Assembly: GCF_000760515.2 (NCBI RefSeq)
Contig: NW_013546578.1
Location: forward strand, 1 to 48,884
Length of the DNA stretch: 48,884 nt
From: Mitosporidium daphniae
Lineage: Eukaryota
Direction of reading: 5' to 3'
Part shown: positions 11,094-22,815 of the stretch, piece by piece
Layout of the letters: each line of letters starts with the position of its first letter
Numbering within the stretch: position 1 is the stretch's first letter
Translations under genes and position numbers: made by a program
The notes under the pieces: generated by a model
Databases searched by the model: none
Seen by the model: the letters and a program-made list of their open reading frames with translations, nothing else
What the model was told of the DNA's origin: nothing

Positions 11094-13908
11094 TTACAAG
11101 ATACCATTTGAGTAATACTGGAAAGAATCATACAGCTTTGTAAAGATGTTGTCATATGAGGCGGAAATGAGTTTTTCCACATACTCTACCACCTCTGCGT
11201 CTGTGTAGGAAAGGACAAACCGTTCTCTGAGGTGGTACAGGGCAATGTCAGCTCCAGAGTAGAAGCATGCAAGCGAAGAGTCCTTCATCATCATCTCCAC
11301 AAGCAATAGGATGCGTTCCGAGTGCTTTCGCAGGGCAAGAAAGGCCTTTACAAATCGATCTCTGAATTCGTATTGAAAAAGCGGCGATTCGGCACCTCCA
11401 AGAATATCAACCCATTCTGAGAGCAATTTGAATGGCGCCGATTCAAACCCCACGTATCCCGGTGAATTGGACAGCATGAACCCGAAATCGATATGGATAA
11501 GGTGTCCCGAACTATCGATCAGAATGTTGCCATTGTGTCTAAATGTGATTGAGCCTCCCCTGTGTAAAGATACCTGTCCTTGAGTGCCAAAAGATATGTC
11601 AACAAAGAGTACCCGACCAGCGAGGCAAGAAAGGCTTCTCTCGCGTTGATGAACGACTTTGAGGTGATGTTCCCAAAATTCTATTCAAAGTCAGGCGGCC
11701 AAAGGCTTACCTTGATGAAATAAGTTAATAACGTATAGGACTGGGGATAATTGGGCACCTCAACATTTACATCTCCCTCTTCAAGGATGCAATATTGGAG
11801 CTCTGAATCAACCGCATGGATGAGATTTTCCGATAAAGGCTCGATGGAATCCCTTTCCACTGGCGAGGGCAGTTTCGAACTGACACAGATCCCTTCCTTT
11901 TTCAAAGAGTGCAGAGAGATCGAGTCCGTGATCGTCTCAATCAGCCCGGAGTTTCCGGATGTCACTAAAATTTGGAAGCTAGAAAAAAGCAATAAGCACC
12001 TACTATTTGAGCCACACCTCTTCCGAGGGCTCCAAAGAATCTTTCCAAATGCACAGCATCTCTTTGATGATCTGGACTGCAAGAAGTTCTTGACGCAAGT
12101 CGGCAGATGATTTGACAATCAGGGAATGAAGGGCCCAGCCGGATCTCCCACCAAAGGGCGAAGAAAGCTGTACCCGCTTCATCTTGTCTTGCCAATTTTC
12201 TTTCATTATCGAACCTACAGTAAATATTTACGCCAATCTCTCACATGATGGATCTTCATGCAGCATCTGGTCTTTGACAAGAGCCAAGTCATTTACGATG
12301 TTTTGACACTTATCGTTCCCTACGCTGATGAAGGAAGCAGCGCCAGAGGCCTCAGATGACGATTTTAGCTTTTGCAAGTCGAGTAACTCCATTTCCTTTA
12401 TGATCCGCGACCGAATGGTCGATATGGTGGCCGGGTTTAAATTTTTTGTAAGCGTCATTTGGTGAAGTTGTGCCAATAAAATGGCAGCCGTGCGCATTTT
12501 GTCGTAAAACTCGCACGCGCTTGTTGAATTCAACATGGAGTAGGAAGGCTCATTGTCTCTAAGAAGCTCCACATCAGATGAAGATGAAGAGGAAAAGGAG
12601 TCCGCTTCAAGCGGAGACTCAGAAGTGCAGTTGCTCTCCGTTTCAATAAGAATCATAAAGGGGACACGTTCTGCAGAATTCAGTACGACCGCCTCTGTGG
12701 GGCAGATTCGCAATATACGTGCGTGAGGAACGGCCGAATTTCGAAGGCATTCAGAGCACCAAAATGGGATACAAACATTGGCGGGTAGGTTGTGGTTGAG
12801 CAGGCTCAGTTCGGCCTGCAGGGCCTTTTGGCGTGACGACTTTGGAATGCGGAAAAGCCGTTCTGAAATCTCTGTCAGGGCACTAATAAAGGCCATCTCT
12901 GAGTGATAATAGTGCGTCGATTGAATGTCAGCACATAGCTTCGGCTCGGAAAAAAAGAGCGGAAGACTATTTTCCTCCGCATCTGCGATGCTATTGCTTA
13001 AAGATGATGATGCAGGAAGAGATGCAGATAGATTGTCTTGTTGTAGACAGGGTCTAGACTCTGGCCTTTCCAGACTGGTAGTCGATCGCGGCAATGACTT
13101 GAGTGTAGATATGGGGACTTTTGAGAAGGCGGTTTCCAGTTTTGAGAGCGAACGCTGCAGGGAAAAAGCCTTTCCCACATAAAACTCATCCCAGGAAGGG
13201 TTGATTTTCTCTGCAATTGCCTTCAAAATGGTAGCCATAGATTTTTGAGTGAGATTTGTATGCCCTTGTGCTCGATCTGGAGACCCGCCATCTACCTTAA
13301 AAAGTGTCGAAAGGCCTTGTTGCAGAGAAAACCGCCGAATCTCCTCTAGGCCTTGCGGAGAGACTATGGACGCAGCTATCGCTCCCATGCCAACAAAAAC
13401 TGATTTGATCGAATAGGGCGAGATTTTAAGTGGACATGACGCGCCTATTGGCGGCAAAGGAGTAAGGGCGAGCGATTCGGTGTCGTTCTGCAAAAGTGAG
13501 GAGTGGAATCGCGCCTTTAGCTTGGAAATCCTGCCGATATAGGTGGCAATCTTTTTTTCTGCAAAGTCGGCTTCATATGATTCCAGTAGCCATAGCACCT
13601 AGGGTAAAGGCAAATGAAAAGTACTGTAATGGAAAGATGAGACCACTTGGATCCAAGGTTGACAAGAAGGTTCTCCAAAGACACAGACTGTGAGGCTGTG
13701 CGGGTCACCAATAAGTGGCTACAATCAGCAAGGGCAAGACAAACCATAGTTGCGGGAGTAAAAACGAAATTTCAGATATCGGTTGCTCGCTAAGCCTTTT
13801 GCAAAGGTACTCTTGGATGCCTGGATCCAGGTATTTGTACAGATAAGAAACTGCAATCCATGTGTTGAAAAAGTCGGACTCAAAGAGACGCAACAGGAGG
13901 GACTGCAT
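11094..13908 (-). CDS. PIK1: Phosphatidylinositol 4-kinase III beta (Pik1), multi-exon
   Basis: LLLRLFESDFF, LNSAERVPF, IVKSSADLRQELLAVQ, KDRHNGNILI, IHIDFGFML, FESAPFKL, YDSFQYYSNGIL; additional 5' exons up to ~14030 are possible. Confidence 0.92.
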
Positions 13909-14258
13909 GTGATCAGAAAAGAAAAGGACCTGGGATATCCACCAATCAGGGGTTCTAATCAAATTAGATTAACCTTGTGTAGGGAGGATAAATTTTAGCG
14001 TGGAATTTACAAATTTTGGAAATTTTCCCATTCACACTTGGTCATTTTGATTTTAACGATGCCCAAGCCCCAATGGAGACAGCCCCATGTGTAGAGTTAG
14101 GCTTTGGCATATGGGAGCCGACCGTGGTAACCCTCTCACCCCGCCTCGGCATCCCAAAAGCATGGCACCAATTCTAACTAGCCATTAAATTTTAATCAAT
14201 TGGAGACAGGGTAACACAAGTGCACTAAAATGTAGCCCCATATGGATGGGTGGGCTGT

Positions 14259-14314
14259 AATTTACGGTGCCAAAAGGATATGCAATTTACGGCGTCAAAC
14301 GGATATGCAATTTA
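14259..14314. repeat. 25-bp imperfect tandem duplication downstream of ENP1
   Basis: AATTTACGGTGCCAAAAGGATATGC / AATTTACGGCGTCAAACGGATATGC / AATTTA. Confidence 0.85.
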
Positions 14315-14334
14315 ATCTTCAAAATTAATTTAAG

Positions 14335-15717
14335 TTACTGGAGTTCTCGTAGCACTTCTGGCGTGACATGATCGTGCCTTTTGGAAGCACATAGCCTTCT
14401 GAGCTCTTCCTTTTCTTGTCCAGGCAGCGCTTTTCGGTACCTTTGCACAAAAACAAGCAAACACTGATGCCACAAAAGGTAACATGGCCTTGGATCGTCG
14501 AGGAACGAAGTAAAATGCCCCACCAAAGCGGTGACAACCCGCTGGGGGAGAGAATATTTTTTATCCAGCAAGGTTCTGATAAAGATGGAGACACACCCCG
14601 AATATTCTATCTCAGTAAGCTTTAGCAAGCATGCTGCAGAATGCAGGACGGGAATGGATTGTTTAACGAGCACCGAGGAAACAATCACTGCTTCTCGAAG
14701 GGAGCAGTCCCCAGAAGCACAAAGAGGGAGAATAATTCCTTTATAGAAAGCCGATGGCTTGTAGATGGCCTTTTTCAGGGCATCGTATAGATAAACATTG
14801 AGTTTTTTTTGTTCCGAAATATTGTTCCGTACGTGCGGCAAAAGCACGCTTTCATAAAAGAGCTGCGCTTGCAATGGCTTTAAAGAGGAGGCAAAGAGCC
14901 TTGCGGCTTGATAAACGGCATGTGGTGTCCACTTTTCTGGATTGGTGAGTACCAAAATATCGGGCCAATTTGAAAGGGCAGGAAGTACCTTAAAGGCCTT
15001 GGGCAACTTTCCCGATTTATAACGCGACAGCAAAAGCCCTAATTTTTGGTACACTTGCACAACTCTTTCGGGAAAAACCAATGGCGCCTGGGATTGCGCA
15101 GTGGAAACGCGGGGTTCCGATTGCTCCTTTGACTGATCCAGCTTTTTAAGAATAATCTCAGCAAGGGTAAGAGGAACACCTTCACCAGAGTCTGCGGACG
15201 GGCGGATCCATTTTTCGAACAGCTCACGGTCTCCATGATCAAATTGCGTGTCTTCATCATTGGCATCTGCATACAAGGCATCTAGTTCGTCTAGAAGAGC
15301 CTCGTTTGGTTCGTAATCCGACTCTTCGTCTACATATGATTCTTCACTGTCATCAGAGCCGCCAAGGGAAGTTTCTTGCGAAACCTCGTGCTCCAGTTCC
15401 TTTTGCTGCGATAAGACTTTTGAATAGAGCCGTTTTGTCATTTTGTCTTTTAAAAAATCGATAGAACTTTCTTGAAGCTCTTCGGCATGGTCAAGATCTG
15501 AATTGCCTTCATTTGGGTCGTCGTCGTCGTCGTCGTCGTCATTTTGAGGCGAACAAACCACGGCAGGAGCCAATTGGTTGCGATTCTTTTTTCTAAAGCT
15601 CTGGGGTTTTGAGGCGGAAGGGGGCGGCAATACCTGTACGTCTCTGATCATCTGTAATTCTAGCGACTCAGCATGGCAAGCGGGGATGAGGTTGGACCTC
15701 TTTTGGCTCGAATGCAT
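14335..15717 (-). CDS. ENP1: Bystin (pre-40S assembly factor)
   Basis: LSRYKSGKLPKAFKVLP, KKLNVYLYDALKKAIYKPSAF, SIPVLHSAACL, LLDKKYSLP, LWHQCLLVFVQRY. Confidence 0.96.
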   Translation of the reverse strand: MHSSQKRSNLIPACHAESLELQMIRDVQVLPPPSASKPQSFRKKNRNQLAPAVVCSPQNDDDDDDDDPNEGNSDLDHAEELQESSIDFLKDKMTKRLYSKVLSQQKELEHEVSQETSLGGSDDSEESYVDEESDYEPNEALLDELDALYADANDEDTQFDHGDRELFEKWIRPSADSGEGVPLTLAEIILKKLDQSKEQSEPRVSTAQSQAPLVFPERVVQVYQKLGLLLSRYKSGKLPKAFKVLPALSNWPDILVLTNPEKWTPHAVYQAARLFASSLKPLQAQLFYESVLLPHVRNNISEQKKLNVYLYDALKKAIYKPSAFYKGIILPLCASGDCSLREAVIVSSVLVKQSIPVLHSAACLLKLTEIEYSGCVSIFIRTLLDKKYSLPQRVVTALVGHFTSFLDDPRPCYLLWHQCLLVFVQRYRKALPGQEKEELRRLCASKRHDHVTPEVLRELQ

Positions 15718-15721
15718 TTTA

Positions 15722-16429
15722 TTAAAAAAAATCTCTTGGCTTTGAATTTAAAATGGAAATTAATTTGTGGATCGCATGCAACGAGTCCTGGATTATCACA
15801 ATCAGTCTAGATAATTGGTCTATCGGCAACATCATTTTGAAAAGCAGAGATATGTCGTGATGCTTTTGCGGCAGCGCCAAAATGATTTCTCTGATTTTGT
15901 CGATAACCGTTTTTCTGCCGTAAATGCTCACATGTTCACTGGAAAAATCCAGTCGCGTTAATATGTTAATAGATAATTTGAGGCTATTTGCAAGCTCTAT
16001 TCTAATAAAAGACAGAAAGGGGATGATTGTGTCTGCATAGCGGATGTTGAAATTCACGTTTTCCGAGCAATTCGACCGGATCAATAGTGCTTGGTTCAAA
16101 ATGGAATGAAGATTCCTCTCGGCACTCTAAAACCGATTGGCTGTGGAACTTACCTGTAAATATGCGGTACTTGTCTCCAGAATAAACGCCGTATCTGCTC
16201 TGGAGGGAGGTGGGTTTTGAACGGCCGGGAAGATTTTAATTCCCATTTGGGCTCTAGATGCACAGGATGAACCAATGTTTGGATAGGATTCTGATGAAGA
16301 AAAACGGTTTTGCTCAAATGGCCTTGCCAAAAATTCGCTGCGATAACCACAGTTGTTTATGCTGTTGTAGTAGGGTGAATTTTCGTAGCCCATATGTTGA
16401 TTATGCGGGCGTTGGTGTGTTGATGGCAT
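15722..16429 (-). CDS. Hypothetical protein (2 exons), possibly with degenerate KH-like repeats
   Basis: ORFs 16429-16127 and 16099-15722 join in frame via a canonical GTAAGT...TTTTAG 27-nt intron at 16153-16127. Confidence 0.55.
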
Positions 16430-16547
16430 CTATAGACAAATTTGGCTACTAAATGCCCAATTTGGTTTTCAATTTAACTTGTGATGCGGGATTGATCTTG
16501 CATTGTTATTGTACATTATGATCGCAAAATTCAATTTCAGTTGTTAA

Positions 16548-17296
<749 letters not shown>

Positions 17297-17394
17297 ATTC
17301 CGCTCGTACGGTGTCGTACATCATGGCGTCAAGTAAATTCTTTAACCCTAAATTTACATTTCAATTTGCCAAGTGCAATTTATAGTTCTTCCAG

Positions 17395-20300
17395 ATGGAT
17401 AGGGTTCGGCTCCATTTGTTAATCCACTAGGAGGCGCGTGGAATGTTATGGGTTGCACCGACCACCAAATTTTCGTGCCACTTGGAGGCTTTCTATTCCC
17501 AAAAAGCTGGTCATCTCGATTTCAAAAAGCTGGTCATCTCGATTTCAAAAAGCTGGTCAACTTTTCTGGGCTTTCAACAACTTTTCTTAACCAAACCAGG
17601 CCTTGTATTACTTTCCCAGACATTGACTGGTCCGAAAGGAAGACGGAAGTCACTTTAAAGCATGACAATGCGACCGTTCAGCCGAGCAGCTTTTCTGAGG
17701 ATGTTTTTGGTGGAGCTTCCTACTGTGAATGGGATCTCCCCTGGCTGACTGGTTATCTGGACGATTTTGATGGAATCCATACGCTTTCCCTTGACTTTGT
17801 CAAGGAACAAAAAAAGGAACTTTCTCCCACCATCAACGCCGATCCGTCGCCATCTTTACCGCTTGAAAATGATGTCACAAAACCACACGTGGGTGCATTT
17901 GAGGAACTTTATTATCCTGAAATAGATGCCGTTGTAGAAGGCGTCCTTGCCAACGCTTCAAGCCCATCCTCAATTGAAAGGTTGGAATATCATAGAAAGA
18001 CAACAATGATATCCTCTTCATCTTACACTCAATTTGGGGCCCCAAAGAATACGTGGGCCATTCCTGTTTCGCTAACTGATCCCGTGGAGCCAATCGCAAA
18101 TCCTATTCTTACATTCCCTTTTGAACTAGATTCCTTTCAAAAACAGTCCATTTATCACCTGGAACAAGGCCATTCGATTTTTGTGGCGGCCCACACTTCA
18201 GCTGGAAAGACCGTTGTTGCAGAGTATGCGGCGTCTTTGGCTCTATCAAAGCTTTCCAGAGCGATATATACAAGCCCCATCAAAGCGCTTTCCAACCAGA
18301 AGTATCGTGAATTTTCACGACGCTTTTGTGGCAAAGCAAAAAAAAACAGCACATGCAAAGATGCGTCTTTACAAGATGGCATTACTGAAGATCTTGAAAA
18401 TATGGATCTCGATCCTGGTCTGGCGAGAGATGTTGAGGCTTCCTTGGCTTATTCTTCATCGTTTCGGCAAAGAAATCTTGAAACATCAGTGGGACTTCTC
18501 ACCGGGGATATACAGGTTAATCCACATGCCTCGCTGTTGGTGATTACAACGGAAATTTTACGCTCCATGCTGTACAAAAACTCTCCCCTGCTCTCTGATC
18601 TTTCGTGTGTAATTTTTGACGAGGTCCATTACATGAACGATTCGGAGCGCGGTGTGGTGTGGGAGGAGACCCTAATTTTGCTCCCTCCAACCGTTCAGCT
18701 TGTCCTTCTTTCCGCAACTCTTCCAAATGTGATCGAGCTTGCCGATTGGCTTGGGCGAACGAGAGGGCAACCGATTTGGGTGATCACCACTCCGCATCGT
18801 CCGGTGCCTCTTGAACATTATTTGCTTCATGTTCCTGTTGCCACAGGCAGCACATATAAACCCATTCTACTGTCTGCCCCTGAAAATCAAAAGCCTTTTT
18901 TCAGTATCAATCCAGCAGCTTCTGCTAGAAAGGCTTGTAATCCAACCCAAAAAGCGCCCTCAAAAGTACCTTCCAAAAACAATCCTACTGCTGGTGGCGG
19001 AATTAAAAGGAACCCTTCTGGTGGGTCAAGGGGCTATTTTAGTCCCCATCACATTAAGGGAGTGTTGAATTTTATTCAACGCTGCGCTCTGCTGCCTGCA
19101 ATTCTGTTTGTTTTCAGCAGAAAGCGGTGTGAAGAGGCAATTGACTTGTTATCAAAGATGAACATCACTTTGCTGTCCAAAGGCGAGCAGTATTTTGTAA
19201 ATAAGTTTCTCAACCAGCGGGTTTTATCTTTGCTGTCCACAAAAGAAGATGAAAAAACCCTTCCTCAAGTGATCGGAACCATTTCGGTGCTCAAAATGGG
19301 AATTGCCACGCATCATTCAGGGTTGCTTCCTGTTCTCAAGGAGGCCATTGAGATTTTGTTTTCTTTTGGAATCATTAAGCTTCTTGTGGCAACCGAGACA
19401 TTTGCAATGGGCATTAACATGCCTGCACGGTGTGTTATTTTTGGAGAGCTTCAAAAACCAGACGGGACCACTGGCTCTAAGGGTCGTCGTCTATTAACAC
19501 CAGGTGAATACACCCAGATGGCCGGGCGTGCTGGACGTCGAGGGCTTGATGAACGGGGCCTGGTCTTTGTATGTCATGAACAACAAGATGGCGGTTGTGA
19601 AGATGGTTTCAAGCTCAAATGCAAGCAGTTGATTGATGGAAAGGGCCAGCCTCTGCAGTCTCAGTTTCGACTTACCTACAACACGATCCTCCAATTGATC
19701 CGACGCCCCAATATTCAGAACTATTCGAATCAAAGCAGCGAAAATGGTGTTGCCAACGTGAGCGACCTGATACGAAAGAGCTTTTTTGAAAACGCCACAC
19801 AGCGCAGCCTTCCTACCCAGGCGGCTTCGTTACGGCAGTTGGAGCTCGAGCTTGAAGATATTTGTATCCCCATCTGCCCGTATGGCTGTGACGAGGAAAT
19901 GATGCAGAACATACGTGAACGAGTCTCCCGTGCAAGGGAAAGCGTTTCTACCGCTTCTTTTGTTCCTGGGCGTCGTGTTGCATCAATATCGGAAGCGACA
20001 GAATTTTTGCAGCCAGGCTTGATACTTGCTGATGTGGGGGCAAGTAGGAGCGCCACCTTCCCTGGCGCCATTGGGCCTGGAAAGCTTTCCGAAAAAGCGC
20101 CGGCAAAAAATGCTGCAAACAGCTTTCTGGTGCAGGTTCTTTTCTTCCCAATAGCAAAGGGAAATCCTTGGAGGGGACAATTGGAGCGACCCATCGATGC
20201 AGGCCGCCCGAGTTCAATCTCCATTCAGGCCGTGCCTGCAAATGAGCTGATTCCTGTCGGGGGGAACAAGTTAATTCCGATTGAGAACTACTCATCCAAC

Positions 20301-21252
20301 ATGAAATTCGACTCGTCAGCTTATCAGGGTTTACTGGATGCAGTTTTGGCCTTCCACTTGGAAGAGAATGGTCCAGACTTTTCACGCGCATCAGATGATC
20401 AGGGGTTTCTCAATTTTGGGCAGGCTTTTGGGGGTAGCCATGCTTTGCCTCAATGCCCAGCCTTTTCGGAACACTGGGCCACATTTCATCGTATTCACGA
20501 GTGTCGCCACAAAATTGATGCCCTCAAATGGAGTCTCTCTGCCGAGTCGCTCTCGCTGCTTCCCGAATATGAAAGCAGATTGCGAGTATTGGAGCTCTGT
20601 GGATTCATTCAAGACCATGCCATCATTACGCTGAAGGGCCGCATTGCATGCGAGGTATCGCCATTTTTGCTGCCTTTTAACCTATTTTGTGATGCTTATT
20701 TTTGCTATTTTTGCCATTTTTGCTTGCAATGCTAACTGGTAGATCCAAACTGCAGATGAACTTCTTGTGACGGAGCTTCTTGTTGGGCGAATGTGGGGTC
20801 CAACGATGCCGGCTGCAGATATCGTTGCTTTGCTTTCGGTCTTTGTTTTTCAAGAGAAGACATCAGAAGACTATGACGTGCATACTGTCCCGGAACATTT
20901 GCTTTCCCATGTGCAAGAAATGCGAGCCGTTGCAAACCGTCTGGGAAGCATACAACGCGAAGCAGGGCTTCCTCTTTCCGCTTCCATCTCCAATTATGAA
21001 AAAATCAATACGGGGCTCGTTGCTGTCATACATGCCTGGGCCTCGGGGAAGCCGTTTTCCGAAATTTGCAAAATGACAAGTACACAAGAGGGCATTATTG
21101 TGCGCACCGTGCTTAGGCTTGATGAGACATGCAGAGATATTCGGAACGCAGCTCGCATTATGGGAGACTCTCTCCTTCAGGAGAAGATGCTGGAGGCATC
21201 TTTGATGATTAAGCGGGATATTTGCTATCTCAAGTCGCTCTATCTCGATTGA
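17395..21252 (+). CDS. SKI2: Ski2 DExH-box RNA helicase (SKI complex)
   Basis: FPFELDSFQKQS, VAAHTSAGKT, YTSPIKALSNQKYREF, TTEILRSMLY, DEVHY, TETFAMGINMPAR, EYTQMAGRAGRRGLD and a DSHCT C-terminus; 88-nt intron at 20655-20742; 5' end either ATG 17448 or a spliced model from 17395. Confidence 0.92.
17500..17559 (+). repeat. 23-bp perfect tandem repeat (2.6 copies) inside the SKI2 5' coding region
   Basis: CAAAAAGCTGGTCATCTCGATTT at 17500 and 17523, plus a 14-nt partial copy at 17546. Confidence 0.95.
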
Positions 21253-21298
21253 AGATCATTTCAGCCAAATGGCACCAATATGCTCCCGACGGCTCCAA

Positions 21299-21355
21299 TT
21301 CATCCCATGCTTTTGTAGCCTTTCATCCCATGCTTTTGTGGCCTTTCATCCCATG
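21299..21355. repeat. 23-bp tandem repeat (~2.4 copies) downstream of SKI2
   Basis: CATCCCATGCTTTTGT(A/G)GCCTTT at 21301 and 21324, with a partial copy at 21347. Confidence 0.9.
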
Positions 21356-21614
21356 TTCGCTTCGGCAAATAAAAGTTTTTGGCTTGCACTTTACTGTGTC
21401 TTCCATTTGCCATGTTGGCATCAAAGTGGTCCACAAGCTACGCCTATCCATTCAGCATGCAAATGCGTTCAAACAGGCAGGTCCATCATTTATTATAAAA
21501 GCAATCCTTAAGGTCAGCTGGCGATGCAACATGGATCGGCCTTTGAAACATGTATCGGTAGCTGATACCGCTCACCACACCAGTCTCGCGGTCTTCTCAA
21601 AATCGCAGCTGTGT

Positions 21615-21842
21615 CTATGTACCAGTATCATCACCCGTGTCTTTGTCCTGCAATTGCTGGAGGACTTCCATTTGGGCCAGTCTGTCTTCAAAGGAAAGCG
21701 TAGCCTTCATATTTGGCTGCATTCTGTTATGTATGACTGCCGGTTTCTCCCGCTGCAATTGCTTTCTAGCGATCCAGAGCCCCGCGCATCCTGCAGCTAT
21801 ATAGGCCATCCATCCATAGATCACGCTTCCGGGTGTATTCAT
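21615..21842 (-). CDS. Small single-TM protein, resembles fungal DUF4748 family
   Basis: MNTPGSVIYGWMAYIAAGCAGLWIARKQL matches the remembered MNTxxSxxxGWxxxxxAGxxxxxxAKK pattern. Confidence 0.6.
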   Translation of the reverse strand: MNTPGSVIYGWMAYIAAGCAGLWIARKQLQREKPAVIHNRMQPNMKATLSFEDRLAQMEVLQQLQDKDTGDDTGT

Positions 21843-21927
21843 CCAAACACTGGGGTTTTGTTTTTAAATTTAATTCACACTTTGCTGAACCCATGCATGA
21901 AGGGTGAAAATTTTTCTTTTTTTCACT

Positions 21928-22533
21928 ATGCCGTGCCTTCGTTCTCAGAAGCGTCTTGCCTCCAGTATTCTTAAATGCGGCAAGCGCCGTGTGTGGCTTG
22001 ATCCTGCAGAGGCCAGTGATATTTCAAACGCCTCGTCCCGTCAGCAGGTCAGAAAACTGATTGCCGATGGGCTTGTCATCAAAAAGCCTCAAGCCATCCA
22101 TTCTCGGGCCCGTGTGAGAGCCATGTTAGAGGCCAAGAGAAAGGGCCGCCACTCTGGACCAGGTAAGCGCAAGGGTACGGCCGAGGCTCGTATGCCCTCC
22201 CGCATCCTATGGATGCGCCGCATGCGCGTTCTTCGTCGCCTGCTACGCAAGTATAGGGAGTCTGGAAAAATCGACAAGCATCTTTACCATGACCTCTATC
22301 TTAAGGTCAAGGGTAACGTCTACAAGAACAAGCGCGTCCTCATCGAGGCTATTCACAAAATCAAGGCAGAGACCCTGCGTACCAAGATGCTTGCCGACCA
22401 GGCCGAAGCTCTTCGCATCCGCAAGAAATCCGCCTATGATAAGAAGCATGAGCGTGTTGCTGCAAAAAAAGCTGCTTCCGACAATCACTACTCAGAGGAG
22501 ATGAAGAAGGAAATTGCCAAGCAGAAGAAATAA
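21928..22533 (+). CDS. RPL19: 60S ribosomal protein eL19
   Basis: [26 protein letters not shown]...[14 protein letters not shown]...[17 protein letters not shown]; intronless. Confidence 0.98.
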   Translation: MPCLRSQKRLASSILKCGKRRVWLDPAEASDISNASSRQQVRKLIADGLVIKKPQAIHSRARVRAMLEAKRKGRHSGPGKRKGTAEARMPSRILWMRRMRVLRRLLRKYRESGKIDKHLYHDLYLKVKGNVYKNKRVLIEAIHKIKAETLRTKMLADQAEALRIRKKSAYDKKHERVAAKKAASDNHYSEEMKKEIAKQKK

Positions 22534-22815
22534 ATCTTAAATATTTTCCTAATTGGAGAACGGCTGATTGGCTTTCAGCCGGCTGCTAGCCAAGCACATC
22601 GGGTTGCGGTTATCAAGCGCATGAAAATCGATCTGGGGCTCTTTAAAACGGGTGCAGACCCCCTTTTGCTAGGCATGTTTCGCTTGCGGCATGTTATAAT
22701 TTACATGCGCAAGTGCACAGTGGCAATTAAGGTTTGCCTTTAGGTCAATCAACCCTGAATTCCAGAATCGGGCGTATAATCAGAATTTGAATCACTTGAT
22801 AATTTATTGAGGTTA

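Noticed and set aside
17500..21355. 23-nt repeats at 17500 and 21301 as CRISPR repeats
   Set aside because: Head-to-tail with no spacers, unrelated to each other, no cas genes, and a eukaryotic context
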